Positions 37,870 to 51,122 of a stretch of DNA of 64,000 nt are shown here, one piece after another. The stretch comes from Laetmonice hystrix (lineage: Eukaryota). The position numbers and the translations under genes are program-made. The stretch is taken from contig OZ249436.1 in assembly GCA_965235115.1 (NCBI GenBank), positions 19,842,001-19,906,000 on the forward strand, read 5' to 3'. The notes beneath the pieces were generated by a model. It had not been told where the DNA came from. It did not search any database and saw only the letters and a list, made by a program, of their open reading frames with translations. The stretch's first letter is position 1, and the number at the start of each line of letters is the position of its first letter.

Positions 37870-38820
37870 ATGAAGCCTGACCAAGAACGAGTCAAGAATC
37901 TGTTACTTGATACAGTGACATTGCTGTGTAAGAACAGTCTCCAGTTTGAAAACCAGCTCCGCGTAGAAGGTCTCCTTGGAGTTGCTGTGGATGATCAAGA
38001 TGTGTTTTTCTTACACATAAGTGAAAATTTTAAAAGCGCTGCTTATCTTGAAAAACTGGAAGCAGAGGCAGCTGCAGAAGCCGCAGCTGCAGAAGCTGCA
38101 AAAGTGTCGCAGAAAAATGAAAGTGCCAGTGACAAGGCGCGGTGTAGCCCCAGACTTTCACCTACAAGTGAGGAGGGACAAGAACAGCATGAATTGCACA
38201 ATAAACCAACAAACAGTGCTAAAGTCAAACATGAATCAAACTCTAAGCACCAGGAAGATGCTCTGACTATTAAGTCTGAAACGGTAGAATCTTTGTCAGA
38301 AGAAGAAGATGTGATGATCACAGGGTCTTCTAGTTTAAACTCGCCAGAAAATGTTGCACAGTCAGCCATGATGGTGGCTGGCAAGCGCCGAGCAGAGCGC
38401 CGACCTAGAACTAGAAGTCCATTGAAAAGCTGTAATAGTTCTATTGATCATTCTCAAACCTCAGAGATTGGGGAATCAGACTATGCCAACAATTCATATT
38501 CTCATCATGAAGATGGAGCCATGTCAAGAGGCCAAACCTTTGAACACTATAAATATGATGCAGGCGATTCATTTAAACAGGAATCAGACTGGGGGGAACC
38601 CCCTGCCAAAAGACATGCTAATTCTGGTACTACACATCCCTGGCCAAATGTGGCTGGTTTTGGGGACTTAGCAGCACAGGCTGTGCAAGCATCATTCCAG
38701 GAGTCTGAGGACAGTCAAGTATCTGGAGGTGGTGACATCTCTCAACCGGGCTGTTCCACATGGTCTAGTCAGCTGCAGGCTTCAAGCCTAGGTGCTACCA
38801 ATTCATCTGGGCAAGAAACG
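37870..38820 (+). CDS. Constant (shared) coding exon of a multi-isoform DNA-binding protein gene: ~55-aa N-terminal domain plus low-complexity linker, 317 codons
   Basis: Acceptor TTTTAAATTGCAG at 37835, ATG at 37870 (AAAATG), open for 951 nt to the donor ACG|GTGGGT (phase 0). The N-terminus MKPDQERVKNLLLDTVTLLCKNSLQFENQLRVEGLLGVAVDDQDVFFLHISE looks folded. The linker has SUMO-like KxE motifs (VKHE, IKSE, FKQE) and an NLS-like PPAKR. Confidence 0.8.
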
Positions 38821-39107
38821 GTGGGTGGATCTTGTATACTTTTAATTTTAGTGGACGTTCAGACAAAGCCTAAAGTTATATAACTGTATCTTGCTTTATA
38901 TCAGTTTGGTATAAAATTCAATATTGGAAAGCAAAAATATTTGTCTTCACTCTTTGGAAAATGAAATTCGAGAAGGAACCTCTTTATTCCCACGTCCATC
39001 AAAAACAGGGCTTGACATGACTATCCTGCTTAAATATCAGTTTGGTATGAAAATCTATTGGAAGCAAAAATATTTGTTCTTCACTCTTTGACATTAAAAG
39101 CAGTTAA

Positions 39108-41086
39108 AGTGGCACTAAAGATTCGTTAAATACTTACCATTGAACCCCAGGGACACCATGTTAAATTTTGAGGTTCGAGTGATAAGCGAAACATGAGTTA
39201 TGTCGGGTGTTCGAGTTACCCTAGCGCCCGTCCGCTATTTTCTCAAGCCAGCGCAGGCTGGAAACTAGCGGTAATCTATTTATAAAATAGATCACAGAGT
39301 ATGGCAGCGGAGTCGGAAGCCAATGGAGCCATATTTTGCCATTCTGTTTTTAACATACGGGAGAATTGCAATATAATCATACCATTGGCCGTTTTGTATC
39401 TTGTGTCTTAGAAACGAACTTACCTGATCTTTATTTTATCTCATATTTCTCCCCAATAGTAAATCTACACTGGAACATTATATAGGCTTCGTTAGGACTA
39501 ATATTAATTCATATACGCTCAAATAATAGGTTGAAATGTCCCACCCGTAACACCGTTTATCTCTAGGTTTCTATGTTTTTTTCGCAATTTCTAATAAATT
39601 CTTTATCCTTCTCTAAAAAGAGTCTGTATCAGTTTTATCAAGAATTTCTTTGGGTTCAATATGCTTTTCTTGTCATTTTCAATATGTGCCAGATTTTTTT
39701 ACATGGCCTCATTTTGGCTTTCGTACTGTTTCCTCAGTTTTTGATGTCCCACCCGAAACAGTGCGAATAATTCAAACTTGAGTGTCTAGTACTTTTCATT
39801 ATTATTACTAAATAAAGGTTTTTCAAGTTTGCTTTGCAGCACAAGCAAAATTTCAATCATAGTATCAAAATTAAATGAGAAAATATCTCGCAATCGATTA
39901 AAATGACGTTTGTTCCATCTTGTTTGTCCCACCCGTAACACTATAATCATGAAAAAATGGCTACAATAAGATTGAAATTGAAATTTTATTTTGATAAATC
40001 GATTAGGCAGTGCGAAGGTGGCCAGCGTTGTTTTTCTCTTCTTACACGCAAAGGTTCAGATATTGGATATTTTTCATTAATCCGTCCCGCCCGTAACGTG
40101 TCCCACCCGTAACGCTTACTTTCACCCTAACCCTACTAATTTGGCATTTATCAACTTAAATTAGGATTTTGTGGCAAACTCGATCCCTATGCAATTTGGT
40201 AATAATTGTTATGCAAAAATTCCAATGGTATATAACAAATACGGTTAATTGGTCAGAAAAAGCTTGGTTTATTAGCTTGTGTTTCTTTTTTTTTGGTTTA
40301 AATTTAAATAAAATTATTTTTTTTAAATATATTTAGGTTTTCATGGTTTCATGTGGGTGATTACAGATTTACCTTTGCAAACAACATTGAAAAAGGTTAC
40401 TTTCATGCAAAAAGAATCCAAAACATTAAGATATGTGATAATTTGTCCCACCCGTAACACATAGAGTACATCTTCATTTCGCTAATTTACAAGATTTTGT
40501 GAGTAGTCTTAAGAGTGAAAAATAAATGATTCAAAACATATTTTAATTATATCATCATTTTAGATGTTATAAAGGTTGTAATGAATGAATTAAAATTTGT
40601 ACAAAAAACGGAACTTGCTAAATTTGGAAATTTTGTCCCACCCGTAACACAAATTTTACAATTACAGAAAAAGTAATTCACCATTTTATTCCTATTTGCA
40701 TAGGAAAATGCATATGTACTAAACAAGCAAGTTAGGACCTTTAAAATAAATAGAGCCTTATTATTTATCACAAAGAAATTTATATTAAAACCGTTACGGG
40801 TGGGACAGTAAATACACGTGTTCTTCTTTTCAGAAGTATGGTAATAATAAAGATGTTTAATAATAAGGTCAACCAAAATAAAAATAAGGTAGAGCAACAT
40901 GTAAATTTTCATATTAAATAAGTAATTTTGGTGGCAGTGAAAAAAAAAATTGCCTAAAATGGCGCGCTTGGCGGTATGATTATATTGCAATTCTCCCATA
41001 CTTTAGCTTATCGCTGGACCCTGAAAATTTAACATGGTGTTCTGGAGGTCAAAGGTAAGTATCTGAGGAATTTTTGGTGTGTAACT
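39108..41086. mobile_element. Kolobok-like non-autonomous element (TTAA TSD) interrupted by a nested element
   Basis: TTAA|AGTGGCAC... to ...GTAACT|TTAA. Both arms match the uninterrupted copy at 43745-44103. Confidence 0.75.
39359..40997. mobile_element. Nested non-autonomous TIR element, 4-bp TSD (Sola2-like)
   Basis: Perfect 25-bp TIRs GGGAGAATTGCAATATAATCATACC / GGTATGATTATATTGCAATTCTCCC flanked by ATAC on both sides. The internal motif TGTCCCACCCGTAAC repeats many times. The superfamily is inferred from the GRG terminus and 4-bp TSD. Confidence 0.8.
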
Positions 41087-42705
41087 TTAATGACAGTTAC
41101 TGCCCTGGCCCTGGTAAACAGTTGCAGGCATGCAGCAGTAGGCCTAAAAGTTATTATTTCGCCACTACTTTTGGGTGTCAGACTCGTGGAGAGTTTGAAC
41201 CCAAATGACATTAGAACCACAAATTAAAATATTTGATGGGACCAGTATTGACCTGGTAATCATGTGAGCAGAACTGCTGAATCACAAGTGGAAGAACAGT
41301 CTTTGGGGTCAGTGCTAATGTCAAACCCTGAAAAAATAATAATCAGAGAAGTAAAGCAGGGCTTGTATAATACAGGCTTTGTCTGGCATCTATTAGTGTT
41401 TGACCTTTATGGCTGTTGGAAAGAAAAGTGAAATATTTTTACTGGACTGGACAAAGTACAAGTACTAAGTATTCACACTGGGGAAGGGGATTTTAGAGAA
41501 CTATGTGTCAAAATTTAATTTGCGAATCTGTTGGTAGCTTGGTAAGCATGTCACACGGGACTGGATCAATGTCCTATTCATTCTGAACATTCATAAAATC
41601 CAAAAGTTCACATAATTTTCTAAATATCAGTGTCTAAATTATTATTAACAGGTGTTTTTTGGATTTAGTGTAGCTAAGATATTGTTATGCATAATGTTAA
41701 GAAAAAGTGAAAACTCAAATAAAAAAAGTTATTAAAATGGACCCGGTGTCATCTTTCTTTTTCTATTTATTTATTTTAAAATGATTAGTCTAATTGGGAT
41801 CATTTACATGCTTGATACTAACCTAGAAATAATCTCTCCGCCTAAGCTGCTGTAAAATTGAATAAATGTCAACAACAGTTCAACCACAACATTTTGTGAT
41901 CTGGAGTGAAATCTACGTGTGAACTAAACTGAAGGTTGTTTCGTCATTGACAGCTGTATCAGTGGATTTAGAATATTGTTTTAAAAGTTGGGGTTTCAAA
42001 ATTTTGTGACTTGCTGTTTACAATTCAATAACTAAGTGTAGTTTTCAGAGACAAGGAGACCTGTTTAATTTTTAATGTACCTTGTACTTGAATATTTGTC
42101 CAGATCCTATTTATTAGTTTCTTGCTGTTGGAAAATATGTCAAGCTTAGGTTCAAATTATAATATATACTTTGGACCTGTTGATGGGTGACCTTAAGAAA
42201 TTGTTTGTTCTCAAGAATCTGGCCGTATGACTCGAAATCTTGTGGTTTGAAAATCTTTTTAAACGGCTTCCATTTTTTTCAGACATGATTTCACACACTT
42301 GCGGACACCTAAAAATTTAAAACAAATTTCTCCCTGCCTCATCAGACTTTTTCCAAGAAAATTCTTCGGAACAAACAAATTTTTAAGGCCAGCCTCATTC
42401 AGAGACTGTGTCACTGTCAGGGCTTAGTTGATAAATCACAGTTGTAGCATAGGATCCTTTCAAATTTTCATCCTAGTTTTGTGTGTGCCCAGCAGTAATT
42501 TCTGTCTGGAGGGGCAGGAAGGAAAGTTGTTGTTACCTATTTTTATGAACTGAATTTACATTCTTTTAAAAAGATAAAGTTAGAATTCGGTTTTCAATTC
42601 TCAGTTTCAGCAACTGTGTAGTTTTATCACATGCACCATATTGCATATTTTTAAACTAGTGTTGCTTTTATTGCTAATATTTGCAACTCAGATCGCCCAG
42701 TTTAA

Positions 42706-43437
42706 GGTGGCTGCCTGGTTACGAAAATGGTCTTTCTGCGTCGATTTCTGCACGGCCTGTCAACGGTTTGTGGCAGAATCTCATCACGACACCATAATGA
42801 ATATTAAAATAAAAATTACGCAATATGAATGAGAAACTATGATGATATGTTAAATAATAGGGAAAGGAATCACAATTTATTTGTCGAACTGAAGTTAGTT
42901 GGTGTTTTCAAGACATCCATGCCTGGGCTTCTGCTAGCCGTTTGCCACGTTCGCATTTATATAACAGAGGAAAACAACAGAGGAAAATGGCGAAAGAAAA
43001 TATTGCAAAAAATACCATATTTTCGCCACACTGGCAAATATAAGAAATAAGATTTCCCAGAAAGGCAAGGAAATTATTGCCATCAGAGCACTAAACCTAC
43101 ACATAAAACGTTCCATGTTGTATGAAAAAGTGTTTATTTCACGTATCAGAACTTTGCCTTGTCTTTATTAATATTTCTGTCGGAGATGTGGATAAAGAAA
43201 TTCTGATGTGGCTACAGGATTTGGTTACCCGTTTAGCCACGGTGGCTAAAGAAGATTATTGGCAAGAGGAAGCCCAGCACACATTTTGAGATAACCCTAT
43301 TATTGCTCATCCCGCCAGTCATTTTGTGAGGGAAGGAACAAAACATCTTTTAAAAAGAAGGGAGAGACTAACCTAAACCTATTGCTGTGCAGTTTGGTGG
43401 ATTTCTCATGACTTTCATTTTAAACCAGGCAGCCACC
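42706..43437. mobile_element. Kolobok-like non-autonomous element
   Basis: TTAA|GGTGGCTGCCTGGTT ... AACCAGGCAGCCACC|TTAA. Confidence 0.75.
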
Positions 43438-43744
43438 TTAACTTAAGCCAAACTACATTTAATTTAGACCTTGATCAATGCTCATGAATTGAAACTGTTT
43501 TGAAGTGCCTTGGATGATGTTGGCAAGCATTCAAAAATAAGACGTTATTCATGCACCTGATTCAAAATGTGTGGTGGATCGAACAAAGTGGGGATTGTTC
43601 TTATATCATGAAGTCAAGTTTATTTTCTCACGTCAGTCTTTGTTGTATTTCTGAGGCTTGTGGATCATGATATATTTATTTTTATGGCTGTGTAAGTGTA
43701 TTGCACAGCAAAAAACATGTTGCATGTCAGTCAAGTGATATTAA

Positions 43745-44103
43745 AGTGACACCAAGAATTACTCAGATACTTACCTTTGAACCCTAGTGACACACCATGG
43801 TAAAATTTCAGGTTCAAGCAATAAGCGAAACTTGTTATGTTTGGGCTCCGAGTTAACTGTTTGGCCCATCTGCTATTTCGCTAAAGCCAGCACTGGCGGA
43901 GAGCTAGTGGTAATAGGTCATAGAGTAGGCCTACTGGTATGTCCAAAGATGGCAACCGAATTGGAGTGGAAGCGAGGAGAACAGCAGAGACATATTTTTC
44001 CATTCCATTTTTAAAATACCTTCGCTTATTGCTCGAACCTGAAATTTTAACAAGATGTCACTGGGGTTCAAATGTAAGTTTCGGAGAAATTCTTGGTGTC
44101 ACT
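43745..44103. mobile_element. Kolobok-like MITE (same family as 39108-41086)
   Basis: TTAA|AGTGACACCAAGAATT ... AATTCTTGGTGTCACT|TTAA. Confidence 0.8.
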
Positions 44104-44813
44104 TTAAGTGACAGAATGACAGACAGAGGATTTTAGATAGTGTTGAACACCTGTTGAGCACTGCTGAAAGCACAAACTATTGACTTGGGAATTGGGATGG
44201 TAGATTTCGTTTTTGGTATTTGCTTTCAAATATTTATCAAGAAAAATTATTACCTGCTTTAACATAGTAAGGGCAGCAGCCAACTTTGGAGAAAATAGAA
44301 TTAAGTCAAATTACCAATGATCTTAGTTGCATAGTCAGATAATGTTTTGAATGGTTTTATGAAATTGAATAATAAACAGTATGGGTACTTGCAGAGCAGT
44401 TTTGCAAAGTCAGTTAACTTTTTGGATGGTGTGGGTCCAGTTTGAGAGCTAAGACACCGACACATAGAGCTGGACTGTTACAGTCAAAATGGCTGCCTTG
44501 CTAGTGGTAGGAGCAGTCTGTTGGCAAGAGGAACCTGAACACAAAACTCCCACAGAGGACAAAACTGGACCAATAAATCGGCTCGTGCAGTCATGCATGC
44601 TGCATGCATGCTCATCTAATGGCGACAACCAGATGGGACTGTATGGGACGAGATGGCAGATATTCAGGCTGGCTATTTTGTATCAATTCATTTCTAGCAC
44701 AGTACCTGCAGGTATTTAAAAAAAGGCAAACTTTGAAATGACTGCCAGTGTAACTATCAAAGTGTGTACGAGATGCACGGCATTGACAGCTTCACTGCTT
44801 GGCCATCTTCCAG

Positions 44814-45218
44814 GGAGCAGAGGTGGCCGGTGCAGACCAGGGCATGGACACTTCCAGATCCTTTGTCCTACCCTGGACTGTGGGCAGTACTAGGGTAGGA
44901 CTACAAACCCAGCTGAACCACGCCTTATTTTCTGACAGCATTCCAGAACTTTGCTGCATGCAGTGTAAGTGCCAGTTTCCATCGGCAGCAGCTTTGTCGC
45001 AGCATGCAAAGTCTTGCCATGAAACAATCAAGCGACATCAGTGTTCCATCTGTGGACTGTCTTTCTGCATGCCCTGGGCACTACGACGGCATCAGCTAAC
45101 TCACACGGGGGAAAAGCCTTACAAATGCCCTGTTTGTGGTAGTGCCTTCTCTCAAAATGGGACTATGTATCGACACATGCGGAAACTCCATAACATGGAA
45201 CCACCCAGCAACATTTGA
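44814..45218 (+). CDS. Alternative terminal exon A: 3 C2H2 zinc fingers
   Basis: Acceptor TTGGCCATCTTCCAG| in phase 0. [31 protein letters not shown], then stop. Confidence 0.85.
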   Translation, partial: GAEVAGADQGMDTSRSFVLPWTVGSTRVGLQTQLNHALFSDSIPELCCMQCKCQFPSAAALSQHAKSCHETIKRHQCSICGLSFCMPWALRRHQLTHTGEKPYKCPVCGSAFSQNGTMYRHMRKLHNMEPPSNI

Positions 45219-46312
45219 AGATGTATAGAAATATACGTACATGTATATGAATAATTTGTTTCATTTGGAAATCTATCGGGATCATAACATACCAAGAGAA
45301 CATCTCTAGTCTACATTCCGGAGGCTTAAATTAGACAGGGCTAACACTACTCTGGAGGAACAGAGGGCCAGTTATGTCTCCTTGGGTTGCACCACTAAGA
45401 TGTGCCGTCATAGTCTGAAGCAAACCTTACTGTATACATCTGAAACAAGGAACAGAAGTAAGCTTGAACTTTGTTTATGTTATTCACTTGAGTTTGGCAG
45501 AAGGTGAAAAAACTGTTACTGGCATTGTTACAAAGACTGTTTGCTGTTTCTGATTGCACCAATTGTACATGCTAAACTATACATGTACAAGACCCAGTGT
45601 TGGCAGTGATCGAACTTGATGCAGCAAAGATTGCCAAGTAAATACATCTTATAAAAATTGTCTTGTTTTCCATCACTCTTTTAAAAACATAGAGGTAGAA
45701 AATTTACAAAAGTAGGGGAATTTAGGACTACCAGACCTGCAACAATAATTTCATTTGTGATAACTGTATACTTGTACTTTCGGATTAGCCTGATTGTTTG
45801 TAGGATATACATTCTTTATAGAAAATATTTATTCCTTATAATCACAACAGGCTGGAAGAAAAAAGGTTGCAAAATAATAAATGTAATTTGTTATTTTTGC
45901 AAATTTGAGATTTAATTGTAAAAGTTATAGTTAGCAGACCTGCACTTTCATATCGCCAATGTTTAAACATTTTTGAGCATTTGATAACTACACTCCTTTG
46001 AAGCATTTTACATTGCTCCTTATAATAAGTTCAGTTAAGAGCATTCTGTCCAGTCTGAGAAGTTTGTCAAATACATTACATAGCAATATCATGTGCCAAG
46101 TCAGTAAACGGGTTACCCCAAAAGGATGTCAATATCGCTTTTTACCGATCAAGCTAAGATGTCAAATATATATATTATTGGTGTAGAAGTAAGTACTTTT
46201 CCAGTGATTTTCCCAAAGTAGGTCTTTACGAAGCCAGCATCTGCCACATCTGCCAATCCACGGGAGAGCTGTGGAGAGGTTTTACTGATATGAGTCCTTG
46301 GTGCTGTTCCAG

Positions 46313-46765
46313 GAGGCGATGCCCTGGGTGCAGCCAGATGACCGTTGGCCGGATGCTGGCAATAATCCTACATACAGTCTCAGAGGCAGTCGCACCTCAG
46401 TCGAAATGATGCACAAAACAGGGGAGCTCTACTCTTGTAATGTGTGTAAGGCAGCCTTTGCAAAGCCAGGAACTTTAGAAAAACACATGGCTAAGCACAC
46501 CGGTGAAAAACGTTGGATCTGTTCAGTGTGCTATACTGCCTTTGCACGGAAGGACTACCTAACAAGTCACATGATGGTTCACACTGGAGAGAAACCGTAC
46601 AAGTGTCACTTGTGTCCAGCAGCATATCGACAAAAAGGCAAACTGAATAAACACATGAGTTCTGTTCACCCAGATGAAAAGATAGTGTCTCCTCTAAAGA
46701 CGATTGCTGGATCAGTTAGTGGTGAGATCATGAGCAGAAAGCTTGAGCACTCACTGGGGATTTGA
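46313..46765 (+). CDS. Alternative terminal exon B: 3 C2H2 zinc fingers
   Basis: Acceptor TTGGTGCTGTTCCAG| in phase 0. CNVC, CSVC and CHLC fingers with TGEK linkers, then stop. Confidence 0.87.
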   Translation, partial: EAMPWVQPDDRWPDAGNNPTYSLRGSRTSVEMMHKTGELYSCNVCKAAFAKPGTLEKHMAKHTGEKRWICSVCYTAFARKDYLTSHMMVHTGEKPYKCHLCPAAYRQKGKLNKHMSSVHPDEKIVSPLKTIAGSVSGEIMSRKLEHSLGI

Positions 46766-47866
46766 ACAGTTGCAGGGTTCTTGAGCTGGATTTTCAGGTG
46801 GGAAGCGTTTGGCGAGAAAAGCATTGCTGGTCATACCACCGCCCGCTATACATGTACACAAATGCCTAGCACAGGGGATAATTTACTTCAGAAGAATTGA
46901 TTCGCAGTGACTGTTACTCAGAAGGGATTTGAATAGCAATTCATTGCGAAGCATACTGTTTTTGAATTGCAAAGGGGTGAAATTGGGTCGCAAACTGCGA
47001 TGCGATACCAGGTAAATTATGCCCTGGAGCAATCATCTAAAGATAATTTATGTTACAGATAAATTCTTGACTTAGGCCTATTTCTATATTTTCTTTATTT
47101 CTCCTACTTGCAGACTTCTTTTTACGAGATTGTAGCCATATATTCCAGAACTGCCATCACACAATGCAAATGTAAATGTATTTATATTCATGTTCAGATT
47201 GTTGATAAACTACTTATTATAACTTGGGCCAAGTTCAGGCATTATGATTTGATCAATGTAAGTTTTACTACTTGTGGACAAAATGTGTAAATTTTCAGAC
47301 CACCAGCAGGTTGATTGCATTATTAGATGGAAGATAGACGTAGTTTCAGTCCAAGTGAATATGTGAAATCCGTGAATCATAGAAACCAGCACTTTGCTTC
47401 TATATTTACTGTTCATTCTGTGTCTACAGTTTAGCACTGATGCACCACCTTGTAATGTAATGGACATCTCTTACATATTGTAAAAGATGGTTGAGTTATA
47501 GGGTCGTTTTTGCAGTGAGAAAGTTGGCATCAACACAAGGATATCTAGTCAGCCACTTATGGTTAAGGACCTTAGGTCTTTTAAAATTTTTAACAGATTT
47601 TAATGTGATCGTCTTTGTAAAACAAAGATGTATCATTATCAGAACTAGTGTCCCATTATGCAAAATGCGTTGTACACAAACAATAGTGAGGTTAAATATG
47701 ACTGAAAAAATAAAGAATTAAACCCGTTAAATCTGGTGTAAATATTTAACACAGCAGGAATGTTCATCTCTAGAAGTCCTTGCATTGTGCCCTGTATCTA
47801 GCCAGATTATTTCGTCTGTGGGTTACCAACATTAGATAGTTAAGCAGTACCTTGCACATGTTGCAG

Positions 47867-48199
47867 AACATCTGGCCAGGAAGCGAGCATGAAGGAGCTG
47901 TTGGCTTGGACTCATCAAGACACAGGAGTTCAGTATCATTGCTACCCTCCAAGTTGAGCGTTGGATATATTCAGGCCCAGCCCAGTAGGCGTGATGGAAG
48001 TTCTCCTGCTCACGATGATCGCAGACATCGTTGTTCCACCTGTGGCCTAGCATTTACTATACCGTCAAAACTACTCCGCCACATGCGAACACACACTGGA
48101 GAAAAACCCTACAGGTGTATGACCTGTGGGGCAAGCTTCTCGCAGGACGGCTCACTGAACCGACACATAAAACAAAAACATGGAGTGATTATTCCATAG
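47867..48199 (+). CDS. Alternative terminal exon C: 2 C2H2 zinc fingers
   Basis: Acceptor TTGCACATGTTGCAG| in phase 0. [33 protein letters not shown]. Confidence 0.87.
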   Translation, partial: NIWPGSEHEGAVGLDSSRHRSSVSLLPSKLSVGYIQAQPSRRDGSSPAHDDRRHRCSTCGLAFTIPSKLLRHMRTHTGEKPYRCMTCGASFSQDGSLNRHIKQKHGVIIP

Positions 48200-48596
48200 A
48201 AAGGCCAGTGTTCACAGACCCTCGGTTTGAAAGATAGGAAGGGGATGGGGGGGGGGGGGGAGAACCTGGAGAGCCCTGATTAGTGATGTGTTTGAAAGTT
48301 GGCCACCATGCATTATGACCTTTGAAAGAAACCAACCTAGTAGTACTGAACAGCCATAAGACAGGAGGAAGCATTGGAAATTAGAAATGCAACTGATAAC
48401 AGAACTTGGTACTTGGTAATCTTTGCTATGCCATTTACTTGATAACCGCCTTTTGGTAGGTGTTTGCATATTTGTTTATTTCATCCAGGCCGATGAAAAA
48501 AATTAGTTTCATATCTTTGTGAATGGTCTAAAAACGAATCAAGAGACCAGAGCGAAAATACCTGAGTCTTATGAGGCCTGCCTTGGCGTGTTGCAG

Positions 48597-48917
48597 AGAT
48601 TGTGGCCACGGAGTTGGTATGGGAAGACTTCACAGCATTCGCCACCAACAGCTCGGGATTCCGACCCCAGCAATAGTTGGGGGACACCTCAGTCAAATAG
48701 AAGACTGTGTGGTACAGTGACAAAAGATCACGATCAACGACCCTGCTGTACGCTCTGTGGCCTCCTGTTTCCCTGTCGGTCGAAACTAGTGCGTCATATG
48801 CGAATCCACACAGGTGAAAAGCCGTACACCTGCAGCATATGTGGTGCAAGTTTCTCACAGAATGCCACGCTAAGAAGACATATGAAAGGAACACACAAAC
48901 TGATTGATCAGGAGTAA
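48597..48917 (+). CDS. Alternative terminal exon D: 2 C2H2 zinc fingers
   Basis: Acceptor CTTGGCGTGTTGCAG| in phase 0. [33 protein letters not shown]. Confidence 0.87.
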   Translation, partial: RLWPRSWYGKTSQHSPPTARDSDPSNSWGTPQSNRRLCGTVTKDHDQRPCCTLCGLLFPCRSKLVRHMRIHTGEKPYTCSICGASFSQNATLRRHMKGTHKLIDQE

Positions 48918-50351
48918 TGCATGTATCTACGATGCTGGTGACAAGATAACTGGTACCGGTATTCAGTTTATACTACATGTGTATAAGGGCAAACATCCAT
49001 CACGGCGAAGAATTTAAACAAACAGTGATAGAATGATAGAGGAATTACATTTTGTAGTAAATTGCTTTTATCCATCACCTTGTTAGCTTGGGATTATATG
49101 CTAATCAAATTCCAGTCTGGGAACGTAAAAGTTGAAATATTACAAAAGTGGGTATTTTTGGACAGCACTATCCCTGATACTCTTATAAAAAAATAGTTTT
49201 TATTTATGTTAAACTGTGGTCTTGTTAGCTGCACAGTGATTTGTGTGCAGACCTTGCCAGCACGGTAATATTTCACACCTGGAGCAATTATCTGGAGGAT
49301 GTGTCGCATTATAGTCGTACTATTTTCATCCACTAAATGACAGAAGATTAATCGGTGCGATTTGATGGAAAAGACAGTTTATTATTCATATAATTGAATT
49401 CATTCAAGATTTTAACATATTTTATCATCTATTTACATCACGAAAAGTCTATATAAAAGGATATTTCTGCTCAGCCAATTTAGACTTTCATCGATGGAAG
49501 AAAAGTTTCATACCATATGAGAAGTACATGTACTGGTACTTCAGTACATCATAGTTATTGCATACATTGAGGAGTATTGCCCATGTATAATAAGACGGTT
49601 ATTCATTTGTTGTCCAGATTAATACAGAACAGTAGCAAGTCCTCAAGTTTAAAACCATCAGACATTACTAATATCTCTTGAGTGACATTAGAAATAGTGC
49701 AGATTGCATATGCCACAATGGTTTTCATTCTAATGATTGTTGACTATTGCCCGACTGTTATGACGGTACAAGAATTTTAGCCCTTGCTTCTCGTGATATT
49801 ATAAATATTCTCAGATCTGAGATCAGGTCATCGTCCGTGACCTCCCAAACCAAACTGGTGGTGCCTCTTTTGAGCACTTTTGAAACTATTATACCTGTAG
49901 GCAAGACAAGGCCACGTTATGTAGGCTGAAGTGTAGTTTGAAGAGTTTGGAACCTCTACTCTGAAATGTCAGGTAGATCCTAATGCGGTCCAATGATAAT
50001 GTTCAAAGTTTTATGAATTCCTTAGCTATACATCACATTTTTAACGTGTGTTCTGAAAACACCAGTTTTTAACGTCTTACCCAGAATATTTCTAATATTG
50101 GAGCAGAGATCATCTCGGTATAAATTGTTCAATAGGAGCTGTGGTCCCGTCGGCAGGCTACAATTCCAATGTGAAATATGGCCAGACTTTTTAACGGATT
50201 AACTTTTTGCATTTACGAGGAAAATGGTTCAGACAGTCATTAGAGCAAAGCTCAAGGTGTAAAATGTTCAGAATAAACTTGCCGTTATTGAGCCACCGTG
50301 TACCTCTACCTTCGACCATGGTCTGCATGTATGTTGTGTACGGTTTTGCAG

Positions 50352-50678
50352 AGAACCCTGGAACTGCCAAATCTGGAAGTGTACAGAAGCAACAGTGGCT
50401 CTCCGCTTCATGTCTACTCTGGAGGTCTTGGAGAGTCGGAAAGAAACTGCAGTTCAGTGGTTCAAGACGAAGTTGATAACTCACTGGAATCAATTCGAGG
50501 CCAGCAAGCCTTCCGCTGCTCCTACTGTGGACGCACATTTAGATTGACAGGAGATTTGAGGAGACATTTGATGACACATACAGGAGAGAAACCCCATCGT
50601 TGCAGTGTCTGTGGGCATCACTTCGCCAGATTAGACAGCTGTAGACGGCACATGAAATTACACAACAAAGTGTCTTAA
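50352..50678 (+). CDS. Alternative terminal exon E: 2 C2H2 zinc fingers
   Basis: Acceptor TGTACGGTTTTGCAG| in phase 0. CSYC..DLRRHLMTH-TGEKPH-CSVC..RLDSCRRH. Confidence 0.87.
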   Translation, partial: RTLELPNLEVYRSNSGSPLHVYSGGLGESERNCSSVVQDEVDNSLESIRGQQAFRCSYCGRTFRLTGDLRRHLMTHTGEKPHRCSVCGHHFARLDSCRRHMKLHNKVS

Positions 50679-50822
50679 TATCTGATCAAGATCTTTCCGC
50701 TGGTGTAAGGGACTGATGCTCATTTCTTTTCAAACAAAAAATAGTCATCTAGTGTTAATGATCTTATGTCAGTACAGAACAAAAAAGTATTTCAACATAC
50801 TCTCTGCTTGGACATTTTGCAG

Positions 50823-51122
50823 AGACGAAGAGATTACCAATTCATAGGACACGTGGGCAGTGGAGGTTCAGTTCATCTGGAAAGAAGGCCAAAGCATATC
50901 GAGGAACTTAACAGTGTAATGCCACAGCAGGCTGAAGCGGGTGGACGTTACATGAATCTACACAGCTGTTTTTACTGTGGGAGACAGTTCAGACTGAGTA
51001 GCGATTTGAAACGTCACATGCGATCACATACAGGGGTAAAACCTCACACCTGCGATGAGTGTGGCATAAGTTTTTCAAGACTTGACAATTTTAAAAGGCA
51101 TCTCAAACGGCACTCGAAATGA
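50823..51122 (+). CDS. Alternative terminal exon F: 2 C2H2 zinc fingers
   Basis: Acceptor TTGGACATTTTGCAG| in phase 0. CFYC..DLKRHMRSH-TGVKPH-CDEC..RLDNFKRH. Confidence 0.87.
   Translation, partial: RRRDYQFIGHVGSGGSVHLERRPKHIEELNSVMPQQAEAGGRYMNLHSCFYCGRQFRLSSDLKRHMRSHTGVKPHTCDECGISFSRLDNFKRHLKRHSK

Noticed and set aside
38821..38883. Hydrophobic C-terminal tail (VGGSCILLILVDV...) of the 337-aa ORF as a TM segment
   Set aside because: More simply read as read-through into the intron after the ACG|GTGGGT donor.
40547..40999. 150-aa ORF within the nested TIR element as a transposase
   Set aside because: AT-rich, starts in the TIR and has no catalytic motifs. The element appears non-autonomous.
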